This document shows, one piece after another, positions 28,133-37,785 of a DNA stretch of 64,000 bases; position 1 is the stretch's first letter; every line of letters starts with the position of its first letter. The stretch spans positions 4,064,001 through 4,128,000 of the forward strand of contig OZ245033.1 in assembly GCA_965224025.1 (NCBI GenBank), given 5' to 3'. Both the position numbers and the translations under genes were made by a program. Origin of the DNA: Candidatus Multivorans sp. (GTDB lineage: Bacteria; Acidobacteriota; Thermoanaerobaculia; Multivoradales; Multivoraceae). The notes under the pieces are model-generated. The model saw nothing but the letters and a program-made list of their open reading frames with translations, was not told where the DNA came from and did not search any database.

Positions 28133-29362
28133 ATGAGCAACAGCCGGGCAAGGCCAGTTCCAGTCGCGCGCAGGCAAGTAGTGGCGGCTGCAAGCGCGGC
28201 GGTGTTACCCGCCACCGCCTCGCCCATCCTCGGGATCCAGCTCACGGGAACAGCCGAACGTAAGCTGCGCGTCGAAGAAATGGAACTCACCTCCGTGCGA
28301 GTGACCGAACGCACCGCCTGGATGTTCGTTCACCTGCGCACGAACCTCGGACTCGCCGGACTTGGCGAGTGCTCGCTCGGCAACCGGCGCGAGCTGCCGG
28401 CTCTCGCTGCCGCCTTCGAAGCCGCCCGCGGCCGCTCGCCATTCGACATCGAGGCCTACCGTGCCGCCGGACGCGAGCGGGCCGCGAAGGGCGACATCTT
28501 CGAGGCGACCGCCTTCTCCGCGATCGAGCAGGCGCTCTGGGACCTGGTCGGCAAAGCCGTGGACGCACCCGTCCACCAGTTGACCGGCGGCCTGCTGGGC
28601 CAGAGTCTGTTCGCCTACGCGAACATCAACCGCGCCACCCGGGAACGCACACCGGCCGCCTTCGCCGCCAATGCGCGCGCCGCGGTCGGGGAGGGCTTCA
28701 CGGCGATCAAGGCCGCCCCGTTCGACGGCTTTCCAGCGCTCGATGCGCCCGCGTCCGAGGTGGCCGCGGCCACCGACCTCGGCGTCGCCTGCGTCGAAGC
28801 GATCCGAGCCGCGGTCGGGCTCGATATCGACATCCTGATCGACTGCCACAGCTTCTTCGATGTCGACCTGGCGATCGATGTCGCCGCGCGGCTGGAACCG
28901 CAGAACCTCGCCTGGTACGAGGAGCCGGTCGCCCCGACCGATGTCGCCGCGACAAAGGCGATCGAACGGAGCATCGAGCAGCGCATGTCCGGCGGCGAGT
29001 TCCTGTTCGGCATCGAGGGCTTCGGCCCGCTGTGTCGGGAACGCGCCGTCGACGTGATCATGCCCGACGTGAAGCACTGCGGCGGGCTCCACGAGGCCCG
29101 CAAGATCGCCGCCATCGCCGAACTCGACGGCGTCGCCGTATCACCCCACAACCCGAGCGGTCCGGTCGCCACCGCAGCTTCCGCCCAGCTCTGCGCCGGC
29201 CTGCCGAACTTCGAGATCCTGGAGATGCAGTGGGGCGAAGTCGGGTGGCGGGGCGACCTGGTCGAGCCGCCGGAACTCTTCGAGAACGGCTCGATCGCGG
29301 TTCCGGAAGGCCCCGGCCTCGGCGTCGAGTTGAACGAAGCGGTGGTCCGGGAACACGCCTGA
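28133..29362 (+). CDS. Mandelate racemase/galactonate dehydratase-like enolase-superfamily enzyme
   Basis: SAIEQALWDL, IDCH, WYEEP, GGE, MPDVKHCGG, PHNPSGP and PGLGVE. Possible Tat signal ARRQVV. Confidence 0.85.
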   Translation: MSNSRARPVPVARRQVVAAASAAVLPATASPILGIQLTGTAERKLRVEEMELTSVRVTERTAWMFVHLRTNLGLAGLGECSLGNRRELPALAAAFEAARGRSPFDIEAYRAAGRERAAKGDIFEATAFSAIEQALWDLVGKAVDAPVHQLTGGLLGQSLFAYANINRATRERTPAAFAANARAAVGEGFTAIKAAPFDGFPALDAPASEVAAATDLGVACVEAIRAAVGLDIDILIDCHSFFDVDLAIDVAARLEPQNLAWYEEPVAPTDVAATKAIERSIEQRMSGGEFLFGIEGFGPLCRERAVDVIMPDVKHCGGLHEARKIAAIAELDGVAVSPHNPSGPVATAASAQLCAGLPNFEILEMQWGEVGWRGDLVEPPELFENGSIAVPEGPGLGVELNEAVVREHA

Positions 29363-29364
29363 GT

Positions 29365-29726
29365 TCAAACGGCTCGGCGCCGATACCTGTTCTTCCCGTA
29401 CTCGTTGACCCAACGGCGGGAGCTTCGCCACCGGCCATCGGGGTCACGGACCGCTCCAGGTACTCGCGGAGTTCCTTGTTGCCAACCGCACGGCCCTTGG
29501 CAAGCAACACGTCCACCTGCTTGAGCACCAGGGTGTTCCCCTCTATGGCCGTCGAGTGATGCGCCTCCTCGTACCAGATGCCCCGCCAGATGTCGGCTGC
29601 CTCCAGGGGAGTCGGAAGGCCACCCAAGCGCCCTCGCAAGTCGGCGGCATCGTTGTGGAGACGTCGGTAAACCTCAGGTCGCGACGGCCTTCCACGGCGC
29701 CCTCCCGCCTCAAAGTGTTCGTTCAC
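29365..29726 (-). pseudogene. Fic-family remnant (N- and C-termini only)
   Basis: EAHHSTAIEGNTL...KELREYLE is joined out of frame near 29455 to AVRDPDGRWRSSRRWVNEY...RYRR*. The catalytic HPFxDGNGR motif is absent. Confidence 0.65.
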
Positions 29727-29919
29727 AGCGAGTTGAATAGCACCGTACAAATTGCCGGCGGCAGCACCGATAGTTGTTCGCTGGAGGAGAACCTAGATGA
29801 ACCGTACACTTCAGGCCGAATTCGAAGCTGGCCACCGCGCTTCGAGCGGCGGATATAGTCCCGTCCGCCTTCCACCCTCAGGCGCACACAAACGCGCTCA
29901 ACCGTCCGCGGAGAAGCCC

Positions 29920-30684
29920 GTGCTCGAGATCCAGACAATCCCCGTCCTGAGCGACAACTACTCCTACCTGCTCCACGAGACCGGGAGCGGCAAGACGGCG
30001 GTCGTCGACCCGCCGGAGACCGGGCCGATCGAAGCGGCACTCACGGCGCGCGGTTTCGGGATCGACTGGCTCGTGATCACGCACCACCACATGGACCACA
30101 TCGCCGCGGTGCCGGCGCTGAAGGAGAAGTACGGCTGCCAGGTGGTCGGCCCCGCCGCCGACGAGCACCGGATTCCGGGCCTCGACCTGACCGTCACAGA
30201 AGGCGACCGCTTCCAGCTCGGCGAGGCCGAAGCGGAGGTCCTCGACACGCCCGGGCACACCACGGGGCACATCAGCTACTGGTTCGAGGGCGACCGCGCG
30301 CTGTTCTGCGCCGACACCCTGTTCGCGCTCGGCTGCGGCCGCGTCTTCGAGGGCACGATGGAACAGATGTGGTCGTCCCTGGCCAAGCTGCGCGCCCTGC
30401 CCGACACAGCACTCGTCCACTGCGGCCACGAGTACACCCTCTCGAACGCGCGCTTCGCCGTCACCGTCGACCCCGACAACGAGGAACTGATGGAACGGGT
30501 CGCCGAGATCGAGCAACTGCGGGCGGATGGCAAGCCCACGGTGCCCTCGGGCCTGGGACTCGAGAAGCGTACCAACCCCTTCCTGCGCCCCGACGATCCG
30601 GGCATCCGCGCGCTGCTCGGCATGGCCGGCGCCTCCGACGCCGAGGTCTTCGGCGAGATTCGAACCCGCAAGGACAACTCCTGA
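29920..30684 (+). CDS. gloB: Hydroxyacylglutathione hydrolase (glyoxalase II)
   Basis: DNYSYL, THHHMDH, TPGHTTGH, DTLFALGCGR, CGHEYT and TNPFLR. Confidence 0.93.
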   Translation: MLEIQTIPVLSDNYSYLLHETGSGKTAVVDPPETGPIEAALTARGFGIDWLVITHHHMDHIAAVPALKEKYGCQVVGPAADEHRIPGLDLTVTEGDRFQLGEAEAEVLDTPGHTTGHISYWFEGDRALFCADTLFALGCGRVFEGTMEQMWSSLAKLRALPDTALVHCGHEYTLSNARFAVTVDPDNEELMERVAEIEQLRADGKPTVPSGLGLEKRTNPFLRPDDPGIRALLGMAGASDAEVFGEIRTRKDNS

Positions 30685-30748
30685 CCCCCAGATCCGGAAC
30701 ATGGGCCCAGGACCGCCTCCCGCTTTCACGAAGGTAGGAATCACTCGA

Positions 30749-31747
30749 ATGAATGAACAGGAAGCGGCCTGGCTGGCCCGAAGGCAGGAAGAGCCGATCG
30801 ACCCGGACCGGGAGATCTGCGACCCGCACCACCACCTCTGGGACTACCCGGAGTCCCGGTACATGCTGGACGAGCTGCACGGAGACACCGGCGCCGGGCA
30901 CAACGTGACCTCGACCGTGTTCGTGGAATGCGCCTCCGGCTACCGCGACGAGGGTCCCGAAGAAACGCGGGTCGTCGGCGAGACGGAGTTCGTGCTCGAG
31001 GTCGCCGAACGAAGCGATTCCGGAGGCGCGGCCATCGCCGGCATCGTCAGTCACGCCGACATGCTGCTCGGAGATCGCGCCAAGGGCGTGCTCGAGGCGC
31101 ACATCGAAGCCGGCGGCGGGCGCTTCCGCGGCATCCGGCACTCCGCCGCCTTCGACCCCAGCCCGCATATCCGGGTGTCCCACTCCAAGCCGCCGGAGGG
31201 CATGCTGCTCCGTTTCGACTTTCGGCGCGGTTTCGCCTGCCTGGGGCCCCTGGACCTCTCTTTCGACGCCTGGCTCTACCACCCGCAGATCGACCAGTTG
31301 ACCGACCTCGCCCACGCCTTCCCGGACACCCGGATCATCCTCGATCACGTCGGCGGTCCGCTCGGAATCGGGCCCTATCGCGGCCGGCGGCGCGAAGTCG
31401 AGGCGGACTGGCGCAAGTCGATCACCGAGCTCGCCCGCTGCGACAACGTCGTTGTCAAGCTCGGCGGGCTGCCGATGAAGATCTGCGGCTTCGGCTGGCA
31501 CAAGCAGGACGCGCCGCCGTCCTCGGCCAAGACCGCGGAGGCTCATCGCCCGTACTACCTCCACTGCATCGACCGTTTCGGCGTCGACCGCTGCATGTTC
31601 GAATCGAACTTCCCGGTCGACCGGGCGGGCGGTTCCTACACCCTGCTCTGGAACTCCTTCCAGCGCATCGTGGCGGACTTCTCCGAGGACGAGAAGGCGG
31701 CGCTGTTCCGCGACACGGCTCGTCGCGTCTACCGCCTGGGAGACTGA
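30749..31747 (+). CDS. Amidohydrolase family protein (amidohydro_2)
   Basis: DPHHHLW, FRGIRH, ILDHVGGP and MFESNFPVD. Confidence 0.88.
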   Translation: MNEQEAAWLARRQEEPIDPDREICDPHHHLWDYPESRYMLDELHGDTGAGHNVTSTVFVECASGYRDEGPEETRVVGETEFVLEVAERSDSGGAAIAGIVSHADMLLGDRAKGVLEAHIEAGGGRFRGIRHSAAFDPSPHIRVSHSKPPEGMLLRFDFRRGFACLGPLDLSFDAWLYHPQIDQLTDLAHAFPDTRIILDHVGGPLGIGPYRGRRREVEADWRKSITELARCDNVVVKLGGLPMKICGFGWHKQDAPPSSAKTAEAHRPYYLHCIDRFGVDRCMFESNFPVDRAGGSYTLLWNSFQRIVADFSEDEKAALFRDTARRVYRLGD

Positions 31748-31766
31748 GCCCGAGGTCCGGTCCCGC

Positions 31767-32816
31767 ATGTCGCGACTCGAGAAGACGCTGGACGAGGTCC
31801 GCGGCCTGATCGCGGAAGACGGCATCGCGTCCGAACTGCACGGAGACGGCGGGTTCCTGTGCCGCTCGGTCGCTTCCCTGGATCAGGCCGGCCCGGACCA
31901 GTTGTCGTTCGCCAAGAACGAGCGGACGCTTGGAGCCACGGACACCCGCGCCGGCGCCCTCGTCGTGCCGGCCGTGACCGGCCGGCTTGCGGCCCACCAA
32001 CTCGTGGTCGACGATCCCTTCCTCGCTTTCGTCACCGTGCTCCGCCATATCGACGACCGGCGCGGGCGCGAAGCCGTGGGAGTTCATCCGACCGCCGTCG
32101 TCGCCGACACCGCCGCGATCGGCGCAGAGGTCTCGATCGGCGCCGGCGTCACGGTGCGGGCCGGCGCCTCGATCGGCGATCGCACGGTGCTCCACGCGAA
32201 CTCCTACGTCGGCCGCCGCAGCCGGATCGGCCCCGATTGCGTCCTGTTTCCCGGCGTCGTGGTGATGGAGGACGTGACCGTCGGTGCGCGCGTTACCGTC
32301 CACGGCGCCACGGTGATCGGCTGCGACGGCTACGGGTATCTGCAGCGCGGCGGCCGTCACCTCAAGATTCCCCAGGTCGGCACCGTCGAGATCGGAGACG
32401 ACGTCGAGATCGGCGCCCAGGTCACGATCGACCGCGCCGCGCTCGACGCCACGGTGATCGGCCTCGGCTGCAAGATCGGTGACCTGGTTCACATCGCCCA
32501 CAACGTGACGATCGGCGAGCACACCCTGGTCGTGCCAACGGTCAGGATCGCCGGCAGGGCGGCGATCGGCAGCGGCGTGGTGCTCGCGGGCGGCGCCGGC
32601 GTCGCGGACGGCGTTGTGGTCGGCGACGGCGCGGTGCTCAGCGGCACCACGGTGGCCTACCGCGACGTGCCGGCCGGCGCCGTGCTCTACGGCGATCCGG
32701 CGCGGCCGAAGACGCACCAGTTGCGCATTGAGGCCGTGCTCAACCGCCTGCCCCAGATGGAGCGCGACCTGCGCGCGCTGTTACGGCGAATAGAACGTCG
32801 AGGCGAGACCGACTGA
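31767..32816 (+). CDS. lpxD: UDP-3-O-(3-hydroxyacyl)glucosamine N-acyltransferase
   Basis: Hexapeptide repeats, IGCDGYGY, KIPQVG, IDRAAL and HIAHNV. Confidence 0.85.
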   Translation: MSRLEKTLDEVRGLIAEDGIASELHGDGGFLCRSVASLDQAGPDQLSFAKNERTLGATDTRAGALVVPAVTGRLAAHQLVVDDPFLAFVTVLRHIDDRRGREAVGVHPTAVVADTAAIGAEVSIGAGVTVRAGASIGDRTVLHANSYVGRRSRIGPDCVLFPGVVVMEDVTVGARVTVHGATVIGCDGYGYLQRGGRHLKIPQVGTVEIGDDVEIGAQVTIDRAALDATVIGLGCKIGDLVHIAHNVTIGEHTLVVPTVRIAGRAAIGSGVVLAGGAGVADGVVVGDGAVLSGTTVAYRDVPAGAVLYGDPARPKTHQLRIEAVLNRLPQMERDLRALLRRIERRGETD

Positions 32817-32826
32817 GGAGCGCGGC

Positions 32827-32973
32827 GTGAGCTGGAAGCCCGAGATCGACGAACTGAAGCGCCGCCGGGCACTGGCGCGGGAAACGGGCGGCGCCGAGAA
32901 GGTCGAGCGCCAGCACCACTTCGGCAAGCTGGCCGACTGGGTGCGCCGGCGTCCCCGCCAGCAACTAGACTAG
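32827..32973 (+). pseudogene. Acyl-CoA carboxylase carboxyltransferase remnant (48 aa)
   Basis: RBS GAGGAG, then MSWKPEIDELKRRRALARETGGAEKVERQHHFGKL, which resembles the family N-terminus and stops before the usual TxRERI. Confidence 0.65.
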
Positions 32974-32999
32974 GACACCCAGCCCCGGGGCGACGCACC

Positions 33000-35660
33000 A
33001 TGCGCAGCAACGTCCTCACCAAAGCCCTTCTGATCGCCGCCGCCCTGGCTCTCCTGGCCGCCGGCGCGGCAACCGCCGCCAAGAAGCGCCCCCCCTGCAA
33101 CGACGGCAGGCAGCCCGATCCGAACACCCTGCCGACCCACCACCGCCAGTGGACCGAGGAGGCCGCCCTGCTGCTCACGGACGACGAGATCCAGTCGTTC
33201 CTCTGCCTGTCCCAGGACTACCAGCGGGACGCCTTCATCGCCGAGTTCTGGAAGGCGCGCGACCCCTACCCCGAGACCGCCCGCAACGAGTTCAGGGAGC
33301 ACTGGAGCGAACGGCTCTCCATGGTCCGCCAGTTGTTCGACAGCACGGGAGACGAGCGGGCCCGCTACTACCTCCTCAACGGACCGCCCGACATCCACGT
33401 CGACATCTGTCCCCGGCGCTCCGCCACCAAGATCGAAGCCTGGTTCTACGGTTTCCAGGACATGAGCGACGTGATCGGCGCGCTCTACAGCCGCCGGCTG
33501 CGGCCCGACCAGTACGCGGTCATCTTCTACCGGCGCCTGGGCGTCGGCGCCTGGCGGGCCTGGCTGCCGAGCGAAGAGCTCGGTATCAGCATGCTGCAGC
33601 CGGGCGGCCGGACCGACCTGCCCGGCGGCCGGATCGGCGGGCTCGGCAGAGAGGACCTAGGCGCCGGCTGCAAGGAGGAGGAACTCGGTTACGCGCTCGG
33701 CATCATCAAGATCCTGAACGACTGGGGCGGCGCGCTCGGCTTCTTCTACGAGCGGATGATCGGCGAGAAGCTGGAGCCGATCGAGGCGCCCTCCAACGAG
33801 TGGCTGCGCACCTTCGAGTCCTACTCCACGGATCTCCCCTCCGGCGCGCCGCAGCTCGAGGCCTCGCTCGACGTGACCTTCCCGGGCCGCAAGGAGAGCC
33901 GCACCGTGGTCCAGACCCTGGTCCAGGTCGAAGCGGCAAGCGCAAGTCTCGCCGACCTGGCTGGCGCCCGGTCCTACGGCTTTGAACTGATCGGGGAGAT
34001 CCTGCGCGCGGACGCGGACACCGGCGCCGACCGCCTGTTCGAGAGCTTCCGCTACCGCTTCGAGTTCCCGGTCGAGGAGACCGATGTCGCCGGCGGCGAC
34101 GGCGGGCTGCCGGCCATGCCCCTGGTCGCCCAGCGCTATCTGCGACCCGGAAACTTCAAGCTCATCCTGCGCGTCGACGATCTGAACGGCGACGCGGTCT
34201 GGCGCCACGCCCAACCCCTCGAAGTGCCTCGGGTCGAAGAGGCCGCCGGCTGGACGGAAGCCGACCTCGAGCCGATCTTCGCCGAGGCGAACCGCGCGCT
34301 GGCCGCCGGCGAACCGTCGATCCGGATCATCTCGCCGGGCGGCGACCTCGTCTCCGGCTATCTCCGCTTCGACACCGCCGTCACCGGACCCGTCGAGAAG
34401 GTGCGGTTCACCCTGGACGACAAGGACCTGTTCACCACCAAGCGGGCGCCCTTCAGCGTCGACGTGCGGCTGGGCGAACTGCCCCGCAGCCAGATGCTGC
34501 GCGCCATCGCCTACGACGTGGGGGGCAACCAGATCGCCAGCGATTCCTACCTGATCAACGGCTCCCCCCACCGCTTCGACGTCCGCATCATCGAGCCGAT
34601 CCCCGGCAACCGATACAACGACAGCGTCCGCATGCGAGCCCAGGTCACGGCGCCCGAGGGACGGAGCCTCGAGGAGCTCCAGGTCTTCCGCAACGACGAC
34701 CAGGTGGCGACGCTCTACGAAGAACCCTTCACCGTCCCGATCGAACTGCCCGACGGACCCGCGCTGACCATCGTCCGCATCGTCGGCAAGCTGCTGGACG
34801 CCGAGGGGCCCGCCGCCTTCGTCGAGGACACGGCGATCATCAACGGGCCGGCCACCCTTGAAGAACTCCAGGTCGACTTCGTGGAGCTCTACACGACCGT
34901 CGACGACCGCGATCGCCGTCCCTTGCTCGACCTCGGGGAGGACGCATTCCAGGTGCTCGAGGACGGCGTGGCGCAGGAGATCGTCCGCTTCGAACGGGTC
35001 GACGACACGCCGCTCATCGGCACCATCCTGCTCGACGTGTCGGCGTCGATGGAGGAACGCCTGCGGCAATCCGTCCAGGCCGCCGCCGACTTCTTCCAGC
35101 AGGTGATCACCGAGCGCGACGAACTCTCGATCATCACGTTCAACGACCGTCCCCACCTGGCGGCGCCCTTCACCCGCGACCGGATCGAGTTCGCCAAGGG
35201 CCTGATGGGCCTGCGCGCCGAGCGCGGCACGGCGCTCTACGACAGCCTCATCTTCACCCTCTACCACCTGAACGGGCTGCCCGGACAGCGCGCGGTGCTG
35301 CTGCTCTCCGACGGAGTCGACGAGCACAGCCGCTACGACCTCGACGACGCCCTCGAGTACGCCCGCCGCTCAGAAGCGGCGATCTACGCGATCGGCCTCG
35401 CGCTGCCGCGCAAGGCGAAGGAGAACCCGAGAAAGGTGCTGGAGCAGTTGGCGACCGAAACCGGGGGCCGCGCCTTCTTCGTCGACGATCCGAGTCAGCT
35501 CGGCGCCGTCTACGACCAGATCGCGCTGGAGCTGCGTTCGAAGTATTTCCTCGCCTACCAGTCGTCGAGTACCCAGCCGAGCGACGCCTTCCGCCGGGTC
35601 GAGGTCGTGGTCGACGCCAAGGGCGCCAAGGCGCGGACGATCCGCGGCTACTACCCGTAG
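33000..35660 (+). CDS. Secreted GWxTD-domain + Ig-like + VWA protein
   Basis: FIAEFWKARDPYPETARNEF...YLLNGPPD (GWxTD domain), Ig-like repeats, MIDAS DVSAS, TALYDS and LLSDG. Confidence 0.85.
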   Translation: MRSNVLTKALLIAAALALLAAGAATAAKKRPPCNDGRQPDPNTLPTHHRQWTEEAALLLTDDEIQSFLCLSQDYQRDAFIAEFWKARDPYPETARNEFREHWSERLSMVRQLFDSTGDERARYYLLNGPPDIHVDICPRRSATKIEAWFYGFQDMSDVIGALYSRRLRPDQYAVIFYRRLGVGAWRAWLPSEELGISMLQPGGRTDLPGGRIGGLGREDLGAGCKEEELGYALGIIKILNDWGGALGFFYERMIGEKLEPIEAPSNEWLRTFESYSTDLPSGAPQLEASLDVTFPGRKESRTVVQTLVQVEAASASLADLAGARSYGFELIGEILRADADTGADRLFESFRYRFEFPVEETDVAGGDGGLPAMPLVAQRYLRPGNFKLILRVDDLNGDAVWRHAQPLEVPRVEEAAGWTEADLEPIFAEANRALAAGEPSIRIISPGGDLVSGYLRFDTAVTGPVEKVRFTLDDKDLFTTKRAPFSVDVRLGELPRSQMLRAIAYDVGGNQIASDSYLINGSPHRFDVRIIEPIPGNRYNDSVRMRAQVTAPEGRSLEELQVFRNDDQVATLYEEPFTVPIELPDGPALTIVRIVGKLLDAEGPAAFVEDTAIINGPATLEELQVDFVELYTTVDDRDRRPLLDLGEDAFQVLEDGVAQEIVRFERVDDTPLIGTILLDVSASMEERLRQSVQAAADFFQQVITERDELSIITFNDRPHLAAPFTRDRIEFAKGLMGLRAERGTALYDSLIFTLYHLNGLPGQRAVLLLSDGVDEHSRYDLDDALEYARRSEAAIYAIGLALPRKAKENPRKVLEQLATETGGRAFFVDDPSQLGAVYDQIALELRSKYFLAYQSSSTQPSDAFRRVEVVVDAKGAKARTIRGYYP

Positions 35661-35693
35661 CTGCCGGATTCGGCTCGCGGAACGAAGACAGGA

Positions 35694-36290
35694 ATGACCC
35701 GGACACGCTGCGGCTGGGTCAACGACGACCCTCTCTACCTCGCCTACCACGACGAGGAATGGGGCGTTCCGGTCCGCAACGACCGCCGGCTCTTCGAGAT
35801 GCTGGTGCTCGAAGGCGCCCAGGCCGGCCTGAGCTGGTACACCATCCTGAGGAAGCGCGAGGCCTACCGCCGCGCCTTCGACGGTTTCAACCCCGACGTC
35901 GTCGCCCGCTACGACGAACGGAAGATCACGTCCCTGCTGGCCGACCCGGGCATCGTCCGCAACCGCCTCAAGGTCCGCGCCGCGATCGGCAACGCGCAGG
36001 CCTGGCTCCAACTCCGCACCACCGGCCGCGCCCCCTCGGAGTTCCTGTGGCAGTTCACCGACGGCGAACCCATAACCAACGCTCCCGGCAGCCTCGAGGA
36101 CGTCCCCGCCTCGACTCCGGCCTCCGAAGCGATGAGCAAGGCCCTGAAACAACACGGTTTCCGCTTCGTCGGCCCGACGATCTGCTACGCCTTCATGCAG
36201 GCCGTCGGGATGGTCAACGACCACACGACGACGTGCTTTCGGTGGGAGGAGTGCAGGAATGTCGGGGAGGGAACCGAGGGCAGCAAGTGA
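35694..36290 (+). CDS. tag: DNA-3-methyladenine glycosylase I
   Basis: RCGW, YHDEEWG, LEGAQAGLSW, GFRFVGPTICY and NDHTTTC. Confidence 0.93.
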   Translation: MTRTRCGWVNDDPLYLAYHDEEWGVPVRNDRRLFEMLVLEGAQAGLSWYTILRKREAYRRAFDGFNPDVVARYDERKITSLLADPGIVRNRLKVRAAIGNAQAWLQLRTTGRAPSEFLWQFTDGEPITNAPGSLEDVPASTPASEAMSKALKQHGFRFVGPTICYAFMQAVGMVNDHTTTCFRWEECRNVGEGTEGSK

Positions 36291-36724
36291 AGTACAAAAG
36301 GGACGTGATCCAATGGCGCGAGCCCAAAGCGTTTAGCGGGCCCGACAACAGCGAGAAGGCGATCAAGTACGTGGACGCGATCAAGCCCACCGAGTCCGTC
36401 CTTACGCGGATGTACCTCCGGGCCGTCGCGATTGGCATGAACGAGGCCCAACCGGGTGACGAGGGTCAGTTCGCGTACGCTCTCTCAACCGCAACGGACT
36501 TCTGGCGAAGCCACGTCATCTGGGTTCGCACTGGTACCGCGCATCCCCTTGTCCGGGCGTTCGTCCGTCGCCAGGAGCGTGAACGGCAAGTGGATCGGCG
36601 ACGCGGTGCCGATGCCGCTCGGCTATGTGGCCGCGCTATCGGCTCTCGGGCCCGACCTGCCCCTCGAAGATCGATCTCACTCATCCGCGGCGGGAGAAGA
36701 CAACATCGGGCCGTGCCAAAGTGA
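36287..36724 (+). CDS. Hypothetical protein, possibly frameshifted remnant
   Basis: GTGA overlap with tag. The first ~90 aa look protein-like and the tail is unclear. Confidence 0.3.
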   Translation: MKYKRDVIQWREPKAFSGPDNSEKAIKYVDAIKPTESVLTRMYLRAVAIGMNEAQPGDEGQFAYALSTATDFWRSHVIWVRTGTAHPLVRAFVRRQERERQVDRRRGADAARLCGRAIGSRARPAPRRSISLIRGGRRQHRAVPK

Positions 36725-36824
36725 CGTCTGGGAAGTCTGCGTATTCCAGCCCTTCAGCGAATGAGACCGCGTCCCTCGCAGATTCCAGCATGTCCAGCAG
36801 GAGTGCGGCCTCGTCACGCGGCAT
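36681..36824 (-). pseudogene. Truncated HEPN/DUF86 toxin (HepT-like)
   Basis: MPRDEAALLLDMLESARDAVSFAEGLEYADF resembles the DUF86 N-terminus. It ends before the RX4-6H motif. Confidence 0.7.
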
Positions 36825-37170
36825 AGACGACCCGAAGGGAATCGAGAATCGCCCGCCGACGGATGTAGTTCCTGCTGTTCTCGATCGCGTCACGAGTCAA
36901 GAGGTCGACCGGACGGCCGAACAGCCCGGCGAGTTCGTCCTCCATGCGCACAAGTCCGAACAGGCCCGGTGTTGGCTCTGCAGCGAACCGGATCAACACG
37001 TCAATGTCACTGTCCGTGCGGAAGTCGTCCGTGAGGATGGAGCCAAAGAGTGCCATCTCCTCCACCTCCCAGCGCCGGCAGAACGCGGCGGCATCCTCAG
37101 CGGACGCTTTCAGATGAGGGTGAATCCGCCCTACTCCTTCACCGATCGACACTGTGTTCTCTTCAGTCAT
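36814..37170 (-). CDS. Minimal nucleotidyltransferase (MntA-like antitoxin)
   Basis: LFGSIL...DSDIDVL...GRPVDLL, overlapping the HEPN start. Confidence 0.85.
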   Translation of the reverse strand: MTEENTVSIGEGVGRIHPHLKASAEDAAAFCRRWEVEEMALFGSILTDDFRTDSDIDVLIRFAAEPTPGLFGLVRMEDELAGLFGRPVDLLTRDAIENSRNYIRRRAILDSLRVVYAA

Positions 37171-37391
37171 CAGGGGCCCCCCGGGTCTCAGAATCTGAGG
37201 CTCTCCCCCGGTTGTCCATGATCATAGTCTTGGCCGGAGCTCTCGCTACCGCATTGTCCGATGTTGCCACCAGGAGGTCTACCCCGTCGTCCCTTGGCCG
37301 CACTCGATAAACCCTGAGCCGCCGCTACACGGCCGCGCCCCGAGGGCGGCTCGCTCCAGACTGCGGCCTGTTCGATCCGAACCGGCGCGGG

Positions 37392-37483
37392 AGGCGACCA
37401 ATCTGCCGGCGGATGACAGCCGTTCCTGCCGGTCAATGGCAGCCATTCATGCCGTTGAGAGGCCGCCGAATCTGCCGTTGAAC
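37392..37483 (+). repeat. Four degenerate 23-bp direct repeats
   Basis: Invariant TGCCG at 37404, 37427, 37450 and 37473, an exact 23-bp period. Confidence 0.7.
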
Positions 37484-37550
37484 CTCCCGTAGACCTTCGC
37501 GGCTGCTATCTTTCCGGCCACCGTCGACGGCTCGGACGATGGTGGACTCG

Positions 37551-37785
37551 ATGACCTGCGAGCCCAGAATCCTGGAGCGCGAACTGGCCGCCCAGCTTGA
37601 GGCGATCGGAGCGGTCGTCGTGGAAGGGGCAAGAGCCTGCGGCAAGACGACTACCGCTCGGAGCGAAGGTGGACCGGGAACGGATGGGGGCGCCAGCCGC
37701 GCTGGGCGTGATCACAAGCAGCGGCTACGGATACACACGGGAGGACGGCGTGGCGGTGATCCCGGTCGGGGCGTTGGGCCCGTGA
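37551..37785 (+). pseudogene. AAA_14/DUF4143 ATPase remnant (N- and C-termini only)
   Basis: PRILERELAAQL...VEGARACGKTTTA (Walker A) is joined near 37660, out of frame, to KVDRERMGAPAALGVIT..GYGYTREDGVAVIPVGALGP*. Confidence 0.75.

Noticed and set aside
37392-37483. CRISPR array
   Set aside because: The repeats are contiguous and degenerate with no unique spacers, and there are no cas genes.
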